The notes under the pieces are model-generated. The model saw nothing but the letters and a program-made list of their open reading frames with translations. It was not told the origin of the DNA and searched no databases. A DNA stretch of 39,003 nt from a virus. Lineage: Duplodnaviria; Caudoviricetes. Made by a program: the position numbers and the translations under genes. This document shows, in pieces, positions 37,458 to 39,003 of the stretch. How positions within the stretch are numbered: position 1 is the stretch's first letter; each line of letters opens with the position of its first letter. The stretch covers positions 1 to 39,003 of the IMG/VR virus record IMGVR_UViG_3300012665_001407, one strand, 5' to 3'.

Positions 37458-38147
37458 TTATTTTGCTAATTTAGCTAAAACGTCTTGAGGTAGATCGTTA
37501 AGTGCAGCTTCTAATTCTGGATCAACACCTTCACCTTCTGCTACTTTACCACTGAATAATGACTTAGCAGCATTTTTAATTTTCTTAGCAGCATCAACGA
37601 TTTGATCTTTAACAACAGCTAAACCAACACTAACTGTGATAGTTCCTGCTGTACATAATAAAACAAACATATTACCAAAATCAACGTATTGTTGACCATC
37701 ACCGTTTGTTACAGTACTCATGCTCTTAAATGCATCCCAAATAGCAGGGAAATTTTCAGCTGCCCATTTTCCTAAGTCATAAGCGCTTGGATCACCAACA
37801 TATTCATTTAATGAAATTGTTATTTCCTTTTCATTACTAGCTTCTTCGTTTTCAGCTAATTTTTTTCTTTCAGCGATTACGCCTTGTAATTCTTGACGAA
37901 CCATTTCTTTTAATTCGTCTTTTGTTAATTTTTTCTTGTTGTCCATCTTGTTTATGGTGTTAATTTTTGGAGATTGTTTCAAAATTATTTTAGCAGCTGC
38001 TAACTGCTTTGGTTCGTCAATAGTTACTTCAAAATAACCCTCTAACTTATTATCTACTGCTTGATCGGTATTTAATTCAGCACCAGCCTTTTCCATACGG
38101 TTAAGGAAAGCAGCTTTGTCTTCGAGTTTAATTTTAAATATAGCCAT
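37458..38147 (-). CDS. Hypothetical protein with an internal LTKDELKEMVRQEL helix and one hydrophobic segment
   Basis: 229-aa ORF with MFVLLCTAGTITVSVGLAVV and several (L/I)xE sites. ATATTTATT upstream. Confidence 0.7.
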   Translation of the reverse strand: MAIFKIKLEDKAAFLNRMEKAGAELNTDQAVDNKLEGYFEVTIDEPKQLAAAKIILKQSPKINTINKMDNKKKLTKDELKEMVRQELQGVIAERKKLAENEEASNEKEITISLNEYVGDPSAYDLGKWAAENFPAIWDAFKSMSTVTNGDGQQYVDFGNMFVLLCTAGTITVSVGLAVVKDQIVDAAKKIKNAAKSLFSGKVAEGEGVDPELEAALNDLPQDVLAKLAK

Positions 38148-38154
38148 TGTCTAT

Positions 38155-38163
38155 AATAAATAT
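38155..38163 (-). promoter_or_regulatory. ATATTTATT putative late-promoter motif
   Basis: 7 nt before ATG 38147. Confidence 0.55.
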
Positions 38164-38240
38164 ATGGGAATAAATAAAGCAATAAACAGTCCTGTTACTG
38201 TTTTTGTGTCTACACCGCCCAATCCCAATATACGTATATA

Positions 38241-38426
38241 TTAGAAATTACGTTTCCTATATGTTCTAGCCATTTCTAACCAACAGAAATGTGTGAATGT
38301 GGATAGCCAAAACAATTTCCAAAACAAATACGGCGTTTGAAGCAACAAATGAACAAATAAAAAAGCAACGATTAAATGTCCAAGTACCCAAATTGCACTA
38401 AATGCTAAAATATTAGTTGATTTCAT
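38241..38426 (-). CDS. Small two-helix membrane protein
   Basis: 61 aa, strongly hydrophobic, with a basic C-terminus. Confidence 0.55.
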   Translation of the reverse strand: MKSTNILAFSAIWVLGHLIVAFLFVHLLLQTPYLFWKLFWLSTFTHFCWLEMARTYRKRNF

Positions 38427-38901
38427 TTGATTTGTATTTTTTACCTATATTTTCAATAATAACGCGCGCATCATCAGATGATATTGTAAATCCCTCGCGC
38501 TTAGGATTGATACGTACACCGATATCTTCAAGATGTGTGTGTATGTCTTGTTCAAGTGAACGACCATCTGGACACTTATATGTGAATACCGCGTACCAAG
38601 GTGTAATTACGCCCGTAGCTGAGTTAATTTGCTTAACTCTATCGTATACTGTCGTGGTAGTAAAGCCAATCTTACATATACCTGGAATAGATGGGTTAAC
38701 AAGAATGTAAATATAATGGGGATGTTGTGGGGTATTAGTTGGATCAATCCAGGAGGTACCGTAATATGTGATTTCCTCCCAACCTGGATCATTAGGGATG
38801 GGGGTAAGGGTGTAAGCGATAGCACGGCGCATATTATAGCGCATGTCGCTGCTACTTAACGGGAGGTATTGCTTAGCCTCATCGTGTGTAATACGTTTCA
38901 T
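38413..38901 (-). CDS. T5orf172/MUG113-type GIY-YIG domain protein
   Basis: YIYILVNPSIPGICKIGFT...R.KQINSATGV..PW...LEQDIH..L...REGF. Confidence 0.85.
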   Translation of the reverse strand: MKRITHDEAKQYLPLSSSDMRYNMRRAIAYTLTPIPNDPGWEEITYYGTSWIDPTNTPQHPHYIYILVNPSIPGICKIGFTTTTVYDRVKQINSATGVITPWYAVFTYKCPDGRSLEQDIHTHLEDIGVRINPKREGFTISSDDARVIIENIGKKYKSNEIN

Positions 38902-38919
38902 AACCTATTTTTGTTTGCG

Positions 38920-39003
38920 CTAAAGGTCGGGTAAAGACTTGGCCTGAACAACTGATCCACTCATTATAGCGTGTTGGTATTCTTCTACCGTTAAACCATA
39001 TTG
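38920..39003 (-). CDS. 3' end of a gene truncated by the window edge
   Basis: Open frame QYGLTVEEYQHAIMSGSVVQAKSLPDL followed by a stop. Confidence 0.45.
   Translation of the reverse strand, partial: QYGLTVEEYQHAIMSGSVVQAKSLPDL

Noticed and set aside
37268-37474. Plus-strand 68-aa ORF across the G-rich gap
   Set aside because: It is opposite to every other gene, runs through a minus-strand terminator, and its Pro richness only reflects the C tracts. Not fully excluded.
137-38859. All plus-strand ORFs and the short alternative-frame minus ORFs (12678, 19678, 29323, 38607)
   Set aside because: They overlap longer, motif-bearing minus-strand genes. The Val/Gly or Cys/Trp-rich ones are shadows of the TPTN repeats.
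1-39003. Stop-codon reassignment, as in some Bacteroidota phages
   Set aside because: Standard-code ORFs tile the window densely, and TAG and TGA occur as genuine stops (for example 7572 and 10544).
38920-39003. YGLTVEEY resembling endonuclease VII
   Set aside because: The frame stops without the CxxC and DHxH motifs.
1-39003. tRNA, rRNA, introns, inteins, IS elements
   Set aside because: Intergenic gaps are short, and I recognised no cloverleaf, splicing motif, transposase or terminal inverted repeat. A tRNAscan or Infernal run would be needed for certainty.

Overview
A 39-kb, AT-rich, gene-dense piece of a large tailed dsDNA phage, probably with a contractile tail and a Bacteroidota host. 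All credible genes are on the minus strand and read in the standard code. In transcription order (right to left) it carries: a T5orf172/GIY-YIG gene and small genes; a G-quadruplex-like intergenic tract; a T4 gp55-like sigma factor; a baseplate module (gp5/hub-like, gp25-like, gp6/J-like, GH19 lysin, DNRLRE-like protein, large wedge protein); an ~10-kb block of five Thr/Pro/Asn (TPTN)-repeat fibre-like genes; a GIY-YIG nuclease, DNA primase and PD-(D/E)XK exonuclease; a P-loop kinase, a nucleotidyltransferase-ParB-metallopeptidase fusion and a HAD nucleotidase; and a run of probable head-internal proteins. The most interesting signals are four. (1) A shared N-terminal tag, MIKLLD(I/L)LxE, plus (L/I)xE sites at domain boundaries, suggesting capsid-packaged, protease-matured enzyme cargo and polyproteins. 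(2) A two-tier promoter system: Bacteroidota TTTG-N20-TAnnTT(T/G)G promoters before the primase and sigma genes, and 13 copies of ATATTTAT(A/T) (one slightly degenerate) before late genes. (3) A structural gene apparently split by the TPTN cassette. (4) A promoter-driven eight-tract G-rich element. No tRNA, rRNA, CRISPR array or transposase was seen. All protein calls come from motif recognition by eye, not database searches.
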